DNA of 64,000 nucleotides from a virus. Of the stretch, positions 1-8,790 are shown piece after piece; positions within the stretch are counted from its first letter, which is position 1, and every line of letters begins with the position of its first letter. A program made the position numbers and the translations under genes. Below the pieces are notes generated by a model. It did not search any database and was not told where the DNA came from. It saw nothing but the letters and a program-made list of their open reading frames with translations. Location of the stretch: positions 1 to 64,000 of IMG/VR virus record IMGVR_UViG_3300023179_000026. One strand, written 5' to 3'.

Positions 1-421
1 TTAGTAGTGTGTGCTCAGTGTAACAGGCAATGCTAATACAGGTAACTTGGGTACTTCTACATTAATAGCAACAACAGGTAACGTTACTACGATAAACGCA
101 TCTAATGTGGTGGTATCAACCTTGGCTAATGTTACTTCAACCAATCCTGCTACTAGTACGACAACAGGTGCTTTACGTGTAAATGGTGGTATAAGCACTC
201 AAGGTAATGTTTACGCAGGTGGTAGTTTCTATGGAACAGTTGATGCGATAATGACAGGTAATGTGTCAGGTAATTATGTAACAGGTAATTTAGTTACTAA
301 TAATCTTACACCATTAAGCACCGACCCAGGCATCCCAGGACAAATCGTCTTCGACACAAGCTATATTTACGTGTGTATAGCAAACGGTTCATGGAAACGA
401 GCTAACTTAAATACATACTAA
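1..421 (+). CDS. Tail fibre-like virion protein, C-terminal part (5' truncated by window)
   Basis: N/T/G/V-rich low-complexity beta-repeat sequence ending PGQIVFDTSYIYVCIANGSWKRANL, a common fibre C-terminal module; composition resembles 36468..39293. Confidence 0.6.
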
Positions 422-447
422 AAAAAAGCCACTGTAAAAGTGGCTTT
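421..447. terminator. Bidirectional intrinsic terminator
   Basis: AAAGCCACT-gtaaa-AGTGGCTTT hairpin with A/T tracts between convergent genes. Confidence 0.75.
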
Positions 448-450
448 AAT

Positions 451-699
451 TTATTGCATAGTTTGTAAATAATATCTAGATAGTCGATCATCAATCATAC
501 GAGGAATATCGTTCCAAGGCCATTCATTTTCAAATGGACAAACTGTTTTCCATTTTGAATTTTGCTTAAAATAAATTACTTCGTTGATATGATCTTTATT
601 TGAAGGATCAAATTTAACACGTTCTCTTACTTGCGAGCGTGTTTTACTATTACTATCCCACGTTGACATGGTTTTCCTCAGTAGTATCAGTTGAATCAA
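451..699 (-). CDS. Hypothetical protein
   Basis: 82-aa ORF in the dominant minus-strand gene run. Confidence 0.55.
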   Translation of the reverse strand: MIQLILLRKTMSTWDSNSKTRSQVRERVKFDPSNKDHINEVIYFKQNSKWKTVCPFENEWPWNDIPRMIDDRLSRYYLQTMQ

Positions 700-1093
700 T
701 TTGCAACATAGCTAGTAGTTCTTCAGCACTGTTTACTTTAATTTTACGAGGTTTACGATGTGCTTCATGGTATAGCCTAGATTCAATGCTTTCAATCTTT
801 TCCTCAAAAGCATCTACCCATACATGATTGTTTATAAAATTGGATTGTGGATCACGAGCTGCAAATTTAAATGCTTCAATTTTGGTCATTGGAAAGGGCA
901 ATTGCTGCCATTCTGAAGCTTGCTCTTTAACACTTCTACCCTTACGTAAGACATAACCGTTTTGTCTTGATGACTTGATACGTTTAACTAAATCTTCTCC
1001 AACACGTACTGATGTATAAATTTCACCAAGTTCTTCGTCAATATGTGTGGTAATGCCTACAACTTTTTTCAAACGTTCACTTCGCTTTTCCAT
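653..1093 (-). CDS. Hypothetical protein
   Basis: 146-aa ORF, GAGG-like RBS upstream. Confidence 0.65.
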   Translation of the reverse strand: MEKRSERLKKVVGITTHIDEELGEIYTSVRVGEDLVKRIKSSRQNGYVLRKGRSVKEQASEWQQLPFPMTKIEAFKFAARDPQSNFINNHVWVDAFEEKIESIESRLYHEAHRKPRKIKVNSAEELLAMLQIDSTDTTEENHVNVG

Positions 1094-1137
1094 AAGATAA
1101 TCCTATTTGAGGTTAATGTAAGTATGCATATTATACT

Positions 1138-1389
1138 TTAAAAAATGGTTTTACCAAAAATTTTAGATAAGTCATTCTGCGCATCACGTACGTGTTGTAC
1201 ATCATCTGTTCTATCAAGTTCAGCAAGAGTAAGACTATTTTCTATGGCAAGCAATAAGTTGGCGTAACTATTTAATTCATCTTGACTAATTGAATTAGGG
1301 TCTGCTTTAGATAGTTCATCCTGTAAAAAATTAAGATATTCACGTAATTCAAGAAAATCACTTGCTGATTTTGGAAAATTGTCACTCAT
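1138..1389 (-). CDS. Hypothetical protein
   Basis: 83-aa ORF with AAGGA RBS. Confidence 0.6.
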   Translation of the reverse strand: MSDNFPKSASDFLELREYLNFLQDELSKADPNSISQDELNSYANLLLAIENSLTLAELDRTDDVQHVRDAQNDLSKIFGKTIF

Positions 1390-1427
1390 TTACATTCCTT
1401 AAAGTATTGTTAGCATGACTAATCTTA

Positions 1428-1871
1428 TCATGTAACTGTAGCTAAGTCAAGGATTTTTTTAAGTGTTGTATGCAAACGACATTGTACATCAACTTCCCAT
1501 GGTAAATTTAAATATTGTTCATAGGTAAGTTCTTGTGGATTAGACTTGAGAAAGAATTTTTTCTGCCATATATACCAACCATCTTTTGTAATTTCTAACG
1601 CACCTGTATAACGTTGATTGATATGTATAAGTTCGTGTACTAAAATTTGTGGTAGTTGTTTTAAATTTAAATGGTAATCAATGACTAAACGATTTGCTTT
1701 TTTCTTGTCAATACCACCATAAACAGAATGTTGTAACTGATAAAAACATATGTCAATCTGTGATGGCATTTGCATAACATGGCTAGCATGAATACAAAGT
1801 GATTTAGAAATTATTTCGTGTTGAGGTAGTGAATCTGTTTTGTTATAATAGAAATTAATGCAAGGTATCAT
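1428..1871 (-). CDS. Putative zincin-type metallopeptidase
   Basis: HELIH (HExxH) motif followed by a distal PWE motif. Confidence 0.55.
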   Translation of the reverse strand: MIPCINFYYNKTDSLPQHEIISKSLCIHASHVMQMPSQIDICFYQLQHSVYGGIDKKKANRLVIDYHLNLKQLPQILVHELIHINQRYTGALEITKDGWYIWQKKFFLKSNPQELTYEQYLNLPWEVDVQCRLHTTLKKILDLATVT

Positions 1872-2133
1872 TATAATTCATATCATAATATTGTTCAGTT
1901 AATTGTTTTAACTCATCAACATCATAACCAATCTCTTTCATTTTACCGATTAGCCTAGTGAATAATACAAAGGTTGCACAACCTGTTATATATTCATCTT
2001 CATCACTTTCGTATTCAAAATATTCTAATTGTGGTATTAATTCTTCTTCGACAAACTCATATGCTACTTCGGTGGAGTTGTCAAGTAATTGTTGTGTAAC
2101 TTCAGTTAAATCTTCCTTATCTACTTTATTCAT
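1855..2133 (-). CDS. Hypothetical acidic protein
   Basis: 92-aa ORF, GGAG RBS. Confidence 0.6.
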   Translation of the reverse strand: MNKVDKEDLTEVTQQLLDNSTEVAYEFVEEELIPQLEYFEYESDEDEYITGCATFVLFTRLIGKMKEIGYDVDELKQLTEQYYDMNYNDTLH

Positions 2134-2189
2134 GACAATCTCCTCTATTGGTATTTATTCTATAGAAAAGTGTCAACAATAGCAATTAA

Positions 2190-2624
2190 TTACGTAGTGT
2201 ATTCGTAATTAATGGTTTCAGTATTTTCTCTCAATACAATAGCACCATTTTTTAAATGAAACCTACGTGCCATTTCTGTTTTTGGACTAAGGGTAACAAA
2301 TCGATTTACTGTGGGAAATTGTTCTTTTATTTGTGGTACAGCTTTACGCAATAAATTTGCCCCACTACCTGCTTTATAACTCCATATTGTATAAAAAACT
2401 GCTGTTGTTGGGTTTGAACTTGTCACATCTAAATCTTTTACATCAGCAGGTACAAAATCATGGAATGATATACAAACAATGGCAGATGGTGTTTCATAAT
2501 CCATAGTAGCAGCAATTATTCTATTTTGTGCCACTCTATACTCAATAGGTATCTCAGGACGTACAGGGTCATCCTTTATAAAATTAAGCAAGTTATCTGT
2601 CAAGTCTGTTATAAAACGCATCAT
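2190..2624 (-). CDS. GNAT-fold protein resembling the malonyl-CoA decarboxylase catalytic domain
   Basis: AVFYTIW...FPTVNRFVTLSP resembles MCD AIFYSI...FxTLSP; TATAAATA late promoter at 2633-2640 supports a start at 2624. Confidence 0.5.
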   Translation of the reverse strand: MMRFITDLTDNLLNFIKDDPVRPEIPIEYRVAQNRIIAATMDYETPSAIVCISFHDFVPADVKDLDVTSSNPTTAVFYTIWSYKAGSGANLLRKAVPQIKEQFPTVNRFVTLSPKTEMARRFHLKNGAIVLRENTETINYEYTT

Positions 2625-2669
2625 AATATCCGTATTTATAGCTGTGTGTAAAAAGTATACTTTTAGACG

Positions 2670-2701
2670 AAAAAAAAGCAAGTACTATTGCTAGTACTTG
2701 C
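2670..2701 (-). terminator. Intrinsic terminator after the Ro60-like gene
   Basis: GCAAGTACT/AGTACTTGC 9-bp stem followed by a U tract on minus. Confidence 0.75.
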
Positions 2702-2724
2702 AAAAATTAAAAGATTTGTAATAG

Positions 2725-4107
2725 TTAGAGCACGTTGTATCGGTCAACGTTCACAGTATCAAGCATAATGCTTAATGGTGTGAAATCTTTTGCTCCTAAG
2801 ATAGACTTCATGATAGCAGGTGAAAAACCACTTACCAATGCTGCACCACGTGTATCAAACTGCACAGGCACATTGTCATGTGAGTTTAAGTTCCAAAATA
2901 CGATCTTAGGTACATCATATCCTGCATCAGCATACTTCTTACCAATTGCTTTGTATGCGGTATCATCAGCACGTACTGCTTGATTAAACTGCATATCAGA
3001 TAGAATCAATAAAAACTTAGGCATATCTGCTTCAGGTACTTTATTGGTAACTGCTACATTTAGAATAGCATCAAATGCAGCCATGAGATTAGTTGACATT
3101 GACCAATCAGCACGATTCATTTGATTCATTTTGTCAATGATATTACCTTTAAGTATTTCAATCCTAGTGTTGGTAGAAAATGTTAAAAACATATCTTTAA
3201 AAGCACCACGATTTTTATCAGCACAATATAAACCTAATGCTAGTGCAACATTCAAGCAAGTTAAGTTTTTAGCTCCACCTACAGGACAGCCCATTGATCC
3301 ACTTACATCAACCATGGGCAACACATTAGCATCACTCATGTAGTTAGGTAATGCTTCCCACTGTGCAACACTTACATCAGTAATACCACTTAACATTGAT
3401 TTAATAACGTCATGTGGATAAATTGCTGATGCGTTAATTTTAGTGGTTCCGTTAACTAACCCATCACGATACTCTTGGTAACGATCATGGTCATTACGGT
3501 CAAATGCTTTCTTATAGATAGATGCAGCTATTGATGGTACATGCGAATAGTTAATCTTATCCCATTCTTTAGCGCACATATTAGTTTCAACAACCTTAGT
3601 TGCATTGACTAATAGCTTACGATATGTCTTAGGAGATAGACCCATGAAATTACGCAATTCTGCTGCAATTTTTCCTTTACGTGGCATCCATTTAGCACAC
3701 AGCCCATCATTGTTTAATAATGCTTCACGAATTGATGTATAAGCAAAATTTTTCATAGTGCGTGATGCAAAAATAAGCATATCATCCCATCGTCCAAAAG
3801 TAGGAATATGTGGAATGACACGTATTAGCATACTAGGATGATTAATTTCCATGTATAAAAGTAAGTCACGTATTAATTGACGTTCACCTGCGCCACCACG
3901 CACATCACGTGCCCATAGCAAAATTTTAGTTGCGATTTCAGGACTTTCTTGAAATGCTTTTTCAAACAATGCGGTAATATCTTTACCACGTGATGCTCCA
4001 ATTTTAAAGAACAAGTCTACAAGAGCATCACCTGTTCCGTTAAATGCAGCCATGCCATTAGTGGTAGTTGTTACTTCGGCTTGTTCTATTGCGGTTTTTA
4101 ATTCCAT
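2725..4107 (-). CDS. Ro60-like TROVE/vWA RNA-binding protein (DUF2828 type)
   Basis: N-terminal TxNG...DLFF...RDVRGGAGER, GRWDD, AKWMPR motifs; C-terminal vWA MIDAS (VDVSGSM, ILSDMQF, IVFWNL, LVSGFSP). Confidence 0.8.
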   Translation of the reverse strand: MELKTAIEQAEVTTTTNGMAAFNGTGDALVDLFFKIGASRGKDITALFEKAFQESPEIATKILLWARDVRGGAGERQLIRDLLLYMEINHPSMLIRVIPHIPTFGRWDDMLIFASRTMKNFAYTSIREALLNNDGLCAKWMPRKGKIAAELRNFMGLSPKTYRKLLVNATKVVETNMCAKEWDKINYSHVPSIAASIYKKAFDRNDHDRYQEYRDGLVNGTTKINASAIYPHDVIKSMLSGITDVSVAQWEALPNYMSDANVLPMVDVSGSMGCPVGGAKNLTCLNVALALGLYCADKNRGAFKDMFLTFSTNTRIEILKGNIIDKMNQMNRADWSMSTNLMAAFDAILNVAVTNKVPEADMPKFLLILSDMQFNQAVRADDTAYKAIGKKYADAGYDVPKIVFWNLNSHDNVPVQFDTRGAALVSGFSPAIMKSILGAKDFTPLSIMLDTVNVDRYNVL

Positions 4108-4120
4108 TTTAATTTTCCTT

Positions 4121-4180
4121 TACAGAATGCATTTTTTTTCAATTTTCAAGTTTGATTTTTTAAGTTGCTGTTAGCATTCT
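4121..4180 (-). ncRNA. Y-RNA-like element 1 (ACAGCAA family) in the leader of the Ro60-like gene
   Basis: AGAATGC-taACAGCAA...GCATTCT-GT terminal stem; internal loop CTTGAAA resembling a Ser(UGA) anticodon loop; abuts the RBS. Confidence 0.7.
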
Positions 4181-4186
4181 TAAACT

Positions 4187-4353
4187 AACAGGATGGTCGA
4201 TACGGTAATTTATTTTCTGCTTGCCCACTACCACAAGGGACTTTGTATCACAAGCCTATCATAGATCTTGGCTATGCCCAAAGTTGGCTAACCCCAACAG
4301 GCTGATCGATTACTCAATCTCTAGTCATGTAAAAAAGTTGCTGTATCCATCCT
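4187..4353 (-). ncRNA. Y-RNA-like element 2 (ACAGCAA family), multi-hairpin
   Basis: AGGATGG-atACAGCAA...CCATCCT-GT stem with compensatory changes relative to the other copies; internal hairpins GTTGG/CCAAC, TTGG/CCAA, AGCCT/AGGCT. Confidence 0.7.
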
Positions 4354-4363
4354 TAATGTGTGT

Positions 4364-4392
4364 ATAGTATATAATTCTTTATTTACTGTCAA
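4364..4392 (-). promoter_or_regulatory. Sigma70-type promoter for the Y-like RNAs and Ro60-like gene
   Basis: TTGACA-17 bp-TACTAT. Confidence 0.75.
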
Positions 4393-4567
4393 CACGTTTC
4401 TTATCTAAATTTGTTACGTTCATCCATACTTTACGACCGTTTTCAGGTTTATACACTTCTACAAACATAGTACCATCAATATTTTTTTGATTGGTAAAAT
4501 TTTCGCAAAACCATTCTTCTTTAGTTCTACGATTAATTAGCTTTACTGCTTTAGATTTAATGCTCAT
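4379..4567 (-). CDS. Hypothetical protein
   Basis: 62-aa ORF with GAGGAG RBS. Confidence 0.55.
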   Translation of the reverse strand: MSIKSKAVKLINRRTKEEWFCENFTNQKNIDGTMFVEVYKPENGRKVWMNVTNLDKKRVDSK

Positions 4568-4605
4568 ATTTCTCTCCTCATAAAAATAGGAGAGAACTAA
4601 CCCTC

Positions 4606-5091
4606 CTACGCTACTCGACGATGACCCACAATTTCTTTGTAACGATCTGCAGCATACGATGCGGCAAACGCACGTGGTTTAACGAGTGGAATAACATTAC
4701 AAGTACCACGAATATAACCTACAGCTTCTTGTATTGCAATACTGCTGTTATGCTTTTCATCAGGATTTATATCCAAATGTACTTCAATATCAAATTCAAC
4801 ATAAGGTGCAAGTTTTAAATATAAGTCTGCAACTTTATATGCTTCATTGACTAAACGCATACGTGGCTTATTTGCTTTTTGATCAAAGTCACGTTCACGC
4901 TGTACTGCTCCAAAAATTTTGCATCCATGTTTACCATCAATATGGACAACTACTGCAAGAATATAATCAGCATACCATATTTCATTGATACGCATACGCT
5001 CACTATCGCAACCGATGTATAGTTTAGTGTTAGGACCGCATTTTTCAAGAAATTCTAATAATTCTAAAACATCGATTTCTTTTTTGATCAT
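4606..5091 (-). CDS. RNase H-like YkuK family protein
   Basis: LYIGCDS...RMRLVNE...EVHLDIN acidic catalytic pattern. Confidence 0.7.
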   Translation of the reverse strand: MIKKEIDVLELLEFLEKCGPNTKLYIGCDSERMRINEIWYADYILAVVVHIDGKHGCKIFGAVQRERDFDQKANKPRMRLVNEAYKVADLYLKLAPYVEFDIEVHLDINPDEKHNSSIAIQEAVGYIRGTCNVIPLVKPRAFAASYAADRYKEIVGHRRVA

Positions 5092-5094
5092 GAT

Positions 5095-5364
5095 TTACCT
5101 CATTTTCTTTTTTACTCTAGATTTAACTTTAAGCAAATAGCGGTGATCGATTTCACCTGTTTCAATTTCACGTAATGCTTGAGACATTTTAGTTTCAGCT
5201 TTACGATTAAATACCGCACGATTTGCCTTAACAGCATCACGTGCTGCAATTTCTTCTGATGCTTTACGTTCTGCACTAAGTTCACGAACACGCTGTGCAG
5301 CTATTAAAGTGGCTTCAAATAGATTACCTGTTTTACTATAAAGCTTTTGAATATCTGTATTCAT
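5095..5364 (-). CDS. rpoZ: RNA polymerase omega subunit-like protein
   Basis: NLFEATLIAAQRVREL...ALREIETGEI matches omega NRFELVLVAARRARQL...ALREIAEG; start at 5364 with AAGGA RBS. Confidence 0.65.
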   Translation of the reverse strand: MNTDIQKLYSKTGNLFEATLIAAQRVRELSAERKASEEIAARDAVKANRAVFNRKAETKMSQALREIETGEIDHRYLLKVKSRVKKKMR

Positions 5365-5384
5365 ATTATTTTCCTTTTTAAAAT

Positions 5385-5460
5385 TGGAGCGGATGGTGGG
5401 AGTTGAACCCATCTATTGAGGTTTGGAAGACCGCCGTGTAACCACAAACACTTCACCCGC
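5385..5460 (-). tRNA. tRNA-Gly(TCC)
   Basis: Cloverleaf, loop CTTCCAA, U73, CCA encoded. Confidence 0.9.
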
Positions 5461-5465
5461 ATATT

Positions 5466-5540
5466 TGGTAGCGGGAGATGGAATTGCACCACCGATCTTC
5501 AGCTTATGAGACTGACGAGTTTCTACTTCTCTACCCCGCA
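5466..5540 (-). tRNA. tRNA-Met(CAT), initiator-like, atypical
   Basis: Loop CTCATAA, U1:U72 mismatch, fMet-like acceptor; T-loop TGCAATT; lacks 3 G-C anticodon-stem pairs. Confidence 0.75.
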
Positions 5541-5558
5541 ATTGTACTTTTATTTAGT

Positions 5559-5648
5559 TGGTGCGAATGGTCGGAGTCGAACCGACATGCCCCTTTCGGA
5601 AGCGAGGGATTTTAAGTCCCTTGTGTCTACCTATTTCACCACACTCGC
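5559..5648 (-). tRNA. tRNA-Leu(TAA)
   Basis: Loop CTTAAAA, long variable arm, CCA. Confidence 0.92.
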
Positions 5649-5674
5649 ATTACTTTACTACTTATAATTTAAAT

Positions 5675-6124
5675 TTAACCTACTTCAATTTCTGTGTTTA
5701 CCATAGCATTTTTAGCTTGTCTAAGAACATCAATCAAAGCTTCTACATCACCGTCAATAAACGCAATATCTGCATCTTCAGTCAACAACTTAATAGCTAC
5801 ATACTGATTGGTGCAGTAATTTTGTAAGACAAAAATTGCACGTTTAATATCTTTTTGTGCATCAAACATATCATCAGGATCATTTCCTACCATGTGCATC
5901 ACGTTAACAATCATCGTTCTTACGATTTGTTCAGGATTGCACCCTTCATAAATCATTGAAGTTTCAACTGCGTCACAAAGTGCTTTAATAGTCATTCCAT
6001 AGTTTTTAATCTCAGCTTTTTCCGTAACAGTCAAAGTTGTATACATTTCAGAAGTTGGCTTCATTAATTTCTCCTTTTTGACAACAAAATAATCATAACA
6101 AAAACTTAATATCTTGTCAAACAT
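5675..6124 (-). CDS. Hypothetical protein
   Basis: 149-aa ORF; start may be the internal MKPT with GGAG RBS. Confidence 0.6.
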   Translation of the reverse strand: MFDKILSFCYDYFVVKKEKLMKPTSEMYTTLTVTEKAEIKNYGMTIKALCDAVETSMIYEGCNPEQIVRTMIVNVMHMVGNDPDDMFDAQKDIKRAIFVLQNYCTNQYVAIKLLTEDADIAFIDGDVEALIDVLRQAKNAMVNTEIEVG

Positions 6125-6134
6125 GATTTCTCTT

Positions 6135-6581
6135 TTACAACATTTCTTTCTTTAGTGTATTCCACTCAGTAAATTGTAAGTACTCATTCTGCAAGTTTTC
6201 AATTTGTTGAAGAATTTGTTTACCTTTAAACTCTCTCCATTCAGATACAATATTTTGAGTCTTTTCAGTGTTACTTACATCAGCTACAAAGCCATCTATG
6301 CTTTCATACTTTACAGCCTTAGTTATCCATTGACGGTTGACAACCATAGATTTACTTAAATCAAAAGTCCAATGTCCACTATCTACTTCAATTTTAGCAT
6401 TGAGTTCATCCTTACGGGTAAAACTGTTAGGACCACCTAAACAACTCAATACCGTGTACTTGTCATCATTGATATCAACGATAATGAAGTATGGACAAAA
6501 GTGTTCACTCCAATAATCCCCTATTCGGGGATTAGCAAATGCTTTTTGATTTGCTTCTAAATATCTATCTACAATTTTCAT
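6135..6581 (-). CDS. Hypothetical protein
   Basis: 148-aa ORF. Confidence 0.65.
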   Translation of the reverse strand: MKIVDRYLEANQKAFANPRIGDYWSEHFCPYFIIVDINDDKYTVLSCLGGPNSFTRKDELNAKIEVDSGHWTFDLSKSMVVNRQWITKAVKYESIDGFVADVSNTEKTQNIVSEWREFKGKQILQQIENLQNEYLQFTEWNTLKKEML

Positions 6582-6584
6582 TAA

Positions 6585-6962
6585 TTAGTACTCACTTGGA
6601 ACCATAATAACATAACGCTTGCGACCTTGAACTTCAGTTAATACTGCATACAGTTTGCAAGTATCGTAGGGGAAATCTGTGTACTCAATACGCTTGGTAA
6701 AGCTAAGGTCATTACCATCACTAAAGGTAATCGTAGCACTACCCGTTCTTGTTTTCTTTAGGGTAACTACAACAAACGTGCTGAAGTTAATTTTTTTGGC
6801 ATTACGTGTATTGCGTAGCGCAAAAGTAATTTCATCCATCAACCAAAATGCACCGCAAGTTTCTGCAACGTGCATAGCACCATCAGTAAGCAAGTCACCA
6901 AGAAACAATTTGTGATAAGAAGTGGTTCCGATGAATTCGCTAGTATCAAGAGCAGTAGTCAT
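6585..6962 (-). CDS. Hypothetical protein (DUF6876-like)
   Basis: LLTDG...AETCGAFWLMD...IEYTDFP...VIMVPSEY pattern. Confidence 0.55.
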   Translation of the reverse strand: MTTALDTSEFIGTTSYHKLFLGDLLTDGAMHVAETCGAFWLMDEITFALRNTRNAKKINFSTFVVVTLKKTRTGSATITFSDGNDLSFTKRIEYTDFPYDTCKLYAVLTEVQGRKRYVIMVPSEY

Positions 6963-6966
6963 TTCA

Positions 6967-7021
6967 GTTCCTTATTAATCAGTACAGAAACAATTATATA
7001 TAAATTAGGATAGCTTGTCAA
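6967..7021 (-). promoter_or_regulatory. Early promoter-RBS cassette, copy 1
   Basis: TTGACA..TATCCTAATT..TATAAT..TAATAAGGA; near-identical to 7405-7457 and 8791-8844. Confidence 0.7.
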
Positions 7022-7025
7022 TAGG

Positions 7026-7220
7026 TTATTGAAACTCTAGCAAATTAGCAACATCGTCACCGTAAAGGTAACTTAGTGTTTTCCAAACTGAATCAGTAAC
7101 TGAGTTATACTCACGATAATTGACATAGAAGTTCTTGAAAAAATTCTCATCACCACGAGCTTCAGCATACCGTTCTGCTCGCTTTAGAAAATCAAAGGCT
7201 GATACTGAGCGTGAGTCCAT
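7026..7220 (-). CDS. Hypothetical protein
   Basis: 64-aa ORF, AGGAG RBS. Confidence 0.6.
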   Translation of the reverse strand: MDSRSVSAFDFLKRAERYAEARGDENFFKNFYVNYREYNSVTDSVWKTLSYLYGDDVANLLEFQ

Positions 7221-7229
7221 CTTATACTC

Positions 7230-7397
7230 CTAATATGGCTTAACATTGCACAAATGCAACGGATCTTTATTTGGTTCGTTTACCCATATTGCACACTCAA
7301 ACCCTATTGCTTTAGCTTGGGCAATCGCTTCTTCAGCAGTAGGAAACGTACCCTTGTTAAGACCGAAATTAATCATGTGAACAGTATAAGTTGTCAT
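7230..7397 (-). CDS. Hypothetical protein (55 aa, not in ORF track)
   Basis: MTTYTVHMINFGLNKG...KPY, directly behind promoter cassette with AAGGAG RBS. Confidence 0.6.
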   Translation of the reverse strand: MTTYTVHMINFGLNKGTFPTAEEAIAQAKAIGFECAIWVNEPNKDPLHLCNVKPY

Positions 7398-7404
7398 TTC
7401 TTCG

Positions 7405-7457
7405 CTCCTTATTAACTCAACAGAATATATTGTAAATCAATTAGGATAAATTGTCAA
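7405..7457 (-). promoter_or_regulatory. Early promoter-RBS cassette, copy 2
   Basis: TTGACA-17-TACAAT plus CTGTTGAGTTAATAAGGAG. Confidence 0.7.
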
Positions 7458-7462
7458 CTACT

Positions 7463-7663
7463 TTATTCGTACCTACACTCAGCTTGTCTTTCATTTATAA
7501 ACTTCCAATATTTTTTCAGTTCTTTTTTAGCTTTAGCTACTGTTTTTGCTTTTGTAAGTACTTCAATATAATCTTCCTGACTATAAGTTTCTACTACCCA
7601 ATGACCACCTGCTTCGTAATGATCTAGCGCAAACTGCTTAATTTCTGCAATCATTTCTTCCAT
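7463..7663 (-). CDS. Hypothetical protein
   Basis: MEEMIAEIK... with GAGG RBS; start revised to 7663. Confidence 0.6.
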   Translation of the reverse strand: MEEMIAEIKQFALDHYEAGGHWVVETYSQEDYIEVLTKAKTVAKAKKELKKYWKFINERQAECRYE

Positions 7664-7864
7664 ATTAACCTCGCTTAAACAGTAAAAGTAACTTTGCGGC
7701 GTGATGCAACATAAACATTGCAAGCAACCACCACCTGATTAGAATATACTGCATGACCGTGTTTTTGTATATCATCAATAACGTCTAGCATACCTTTACC
7801 TAAAAAGTCACATTCATTATGTAGGATTTTAATTGCAGTAGAGATTTCCATCTATTACTCCTTA

Positions 7865-8062
7865 TTAATCAAAGTAAAAGGTAAAACCGTAAGAACCTTC
7901 TTTTCCAAGCTTAGGTTTTACATTTAATTCAGTGGTCAACTTTTTAAGAATTTTTTTGGCTTGATATGGAGTACAAATTACAGACAAAATCCCACTTGAG
8001 TAAAAAAAGCAATCATCCGTTATTTCAGAAACCTTTTTTAACACGGTTGTTTCAAAGTCCAT
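7865..8062 (-). CDS. Hypothetical protein
   Basis: Own TTGACA/TATAAT promoter and AAGGAG RBS. Confidence 0.6.
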   Translation of the reverse strand: MDFETTVLKKVSEITDDCFFYSSGILSVICTPYQAKKILKKLTTELNVKPKLGKEGSYGFTFYFD

Positions 8063-8121
8063 TTAAAACTCCTTGTTGTTTACTATAGAAGAATTATATA
8101 TCTAAATAAATTTCTTGTCAA

Positions 8122-8367
8122 TTAAACAGGAACACAAAACCAACCTTCACGCTCAATCTTGCGTTTAGCGTTGAGCATGGTTTGGCGAAGTTTCGTAACT
8201 TCTTTAGTATGTGGAGCATGGATACCACCAAGATCTTTCAAGGCAAGTAATGCGGCATCACGCTTTTTATAAGTTTTTACAGCATCAGTTGGGATCAAGA
8301 ATACTTTGTTAAACATTGGGCTAGTGTAAAGAACTTTTTCCATCATTTGCTCCGTTTTGTTTACCAT
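8122..8367 (-). CDS. Hypothetical protein
   Basis: Own TTGACA/TACAAT promoter. Confidence 0.55.
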   Translation of the reverse strand: MVNKTEQMMEKVLYTSPMFNKVFLIPTDAVKTYKKRDAALLALKDLGGIHAPHTKEVTKLRQTMLNAKRKIEREGWFCVPV

Positions 8368-8398
8368 TTAAGTATTGTATATCTAAATTAATTTCTTG

Positions 8399-8785
8399 TC
8401 AAGCAATATTTACTGCTTCATCAATCCAATGTAGTCGTTTTTGAATTTCTTCTTGTTGTTTAAAATCATCAGAATTAGTCTCATCAAGACTATCGTACAT
8501 CTCTGCAAGAACCATACGCTCTTCCATCATGTTACCGATATCAGCACCGATGTATGGGTTTGTTGTTTTTTTGACAAAAGTGGTAGGTTCTTTCCAAGAA
8601 ATTTTGTTGAAGAACCAATCGGGCACAGTGACTTTTACAGCGTAGTCAGGTCCGATAAACTTGACTGAAGCAATAGAGGTAGGAATCCATGCTTCCTTGT
8701 TGGTACGGGTATCAAGGAACAAGATTGCTTTGGCAGTCTTAGCTTTGGAAGTACCAACTAAAGAGTAAAGAGCTACGGTTTTCAT
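8399..8785 (-). CDS. Hypothetical protein
   Basis: 128-aa ORF behind promoter cassette copy 3. Confidence 0.65.
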   Translation of the reverse strand: MKTVALYSLVGTSKAKTAKAILFLDTRTNKEAWIPTSIASVKFIGPDYAVKVTVPDWFFNKISWKEPTTFVKKTTNPYIGADIGNMMEERMVLAEMYDSLDETNSDDFKQQEEIQKRLHWIDEAVNIA

Positions 8786-8790
8786 GATTA

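Noticed and set aside
4318-4330. CUAGAGA as a third Ser anticodon loop in element 2
   Set aside because: The flanking stem pairs poorly and A34 outside Arg is atypical in bacteria; mentioned only as weak.
5416-5827. Plus-strand ORFs 5416..5667 and 5558..5827 (also 9749..9931, 14140..14328, 14409..14600, 15992..16207, 20456..20644)
   Set aside because: They are antisense or overlapping read-throughs of tRNA genes (typical MVxxxGxEP artefacts), with no RBS or protein motifs.
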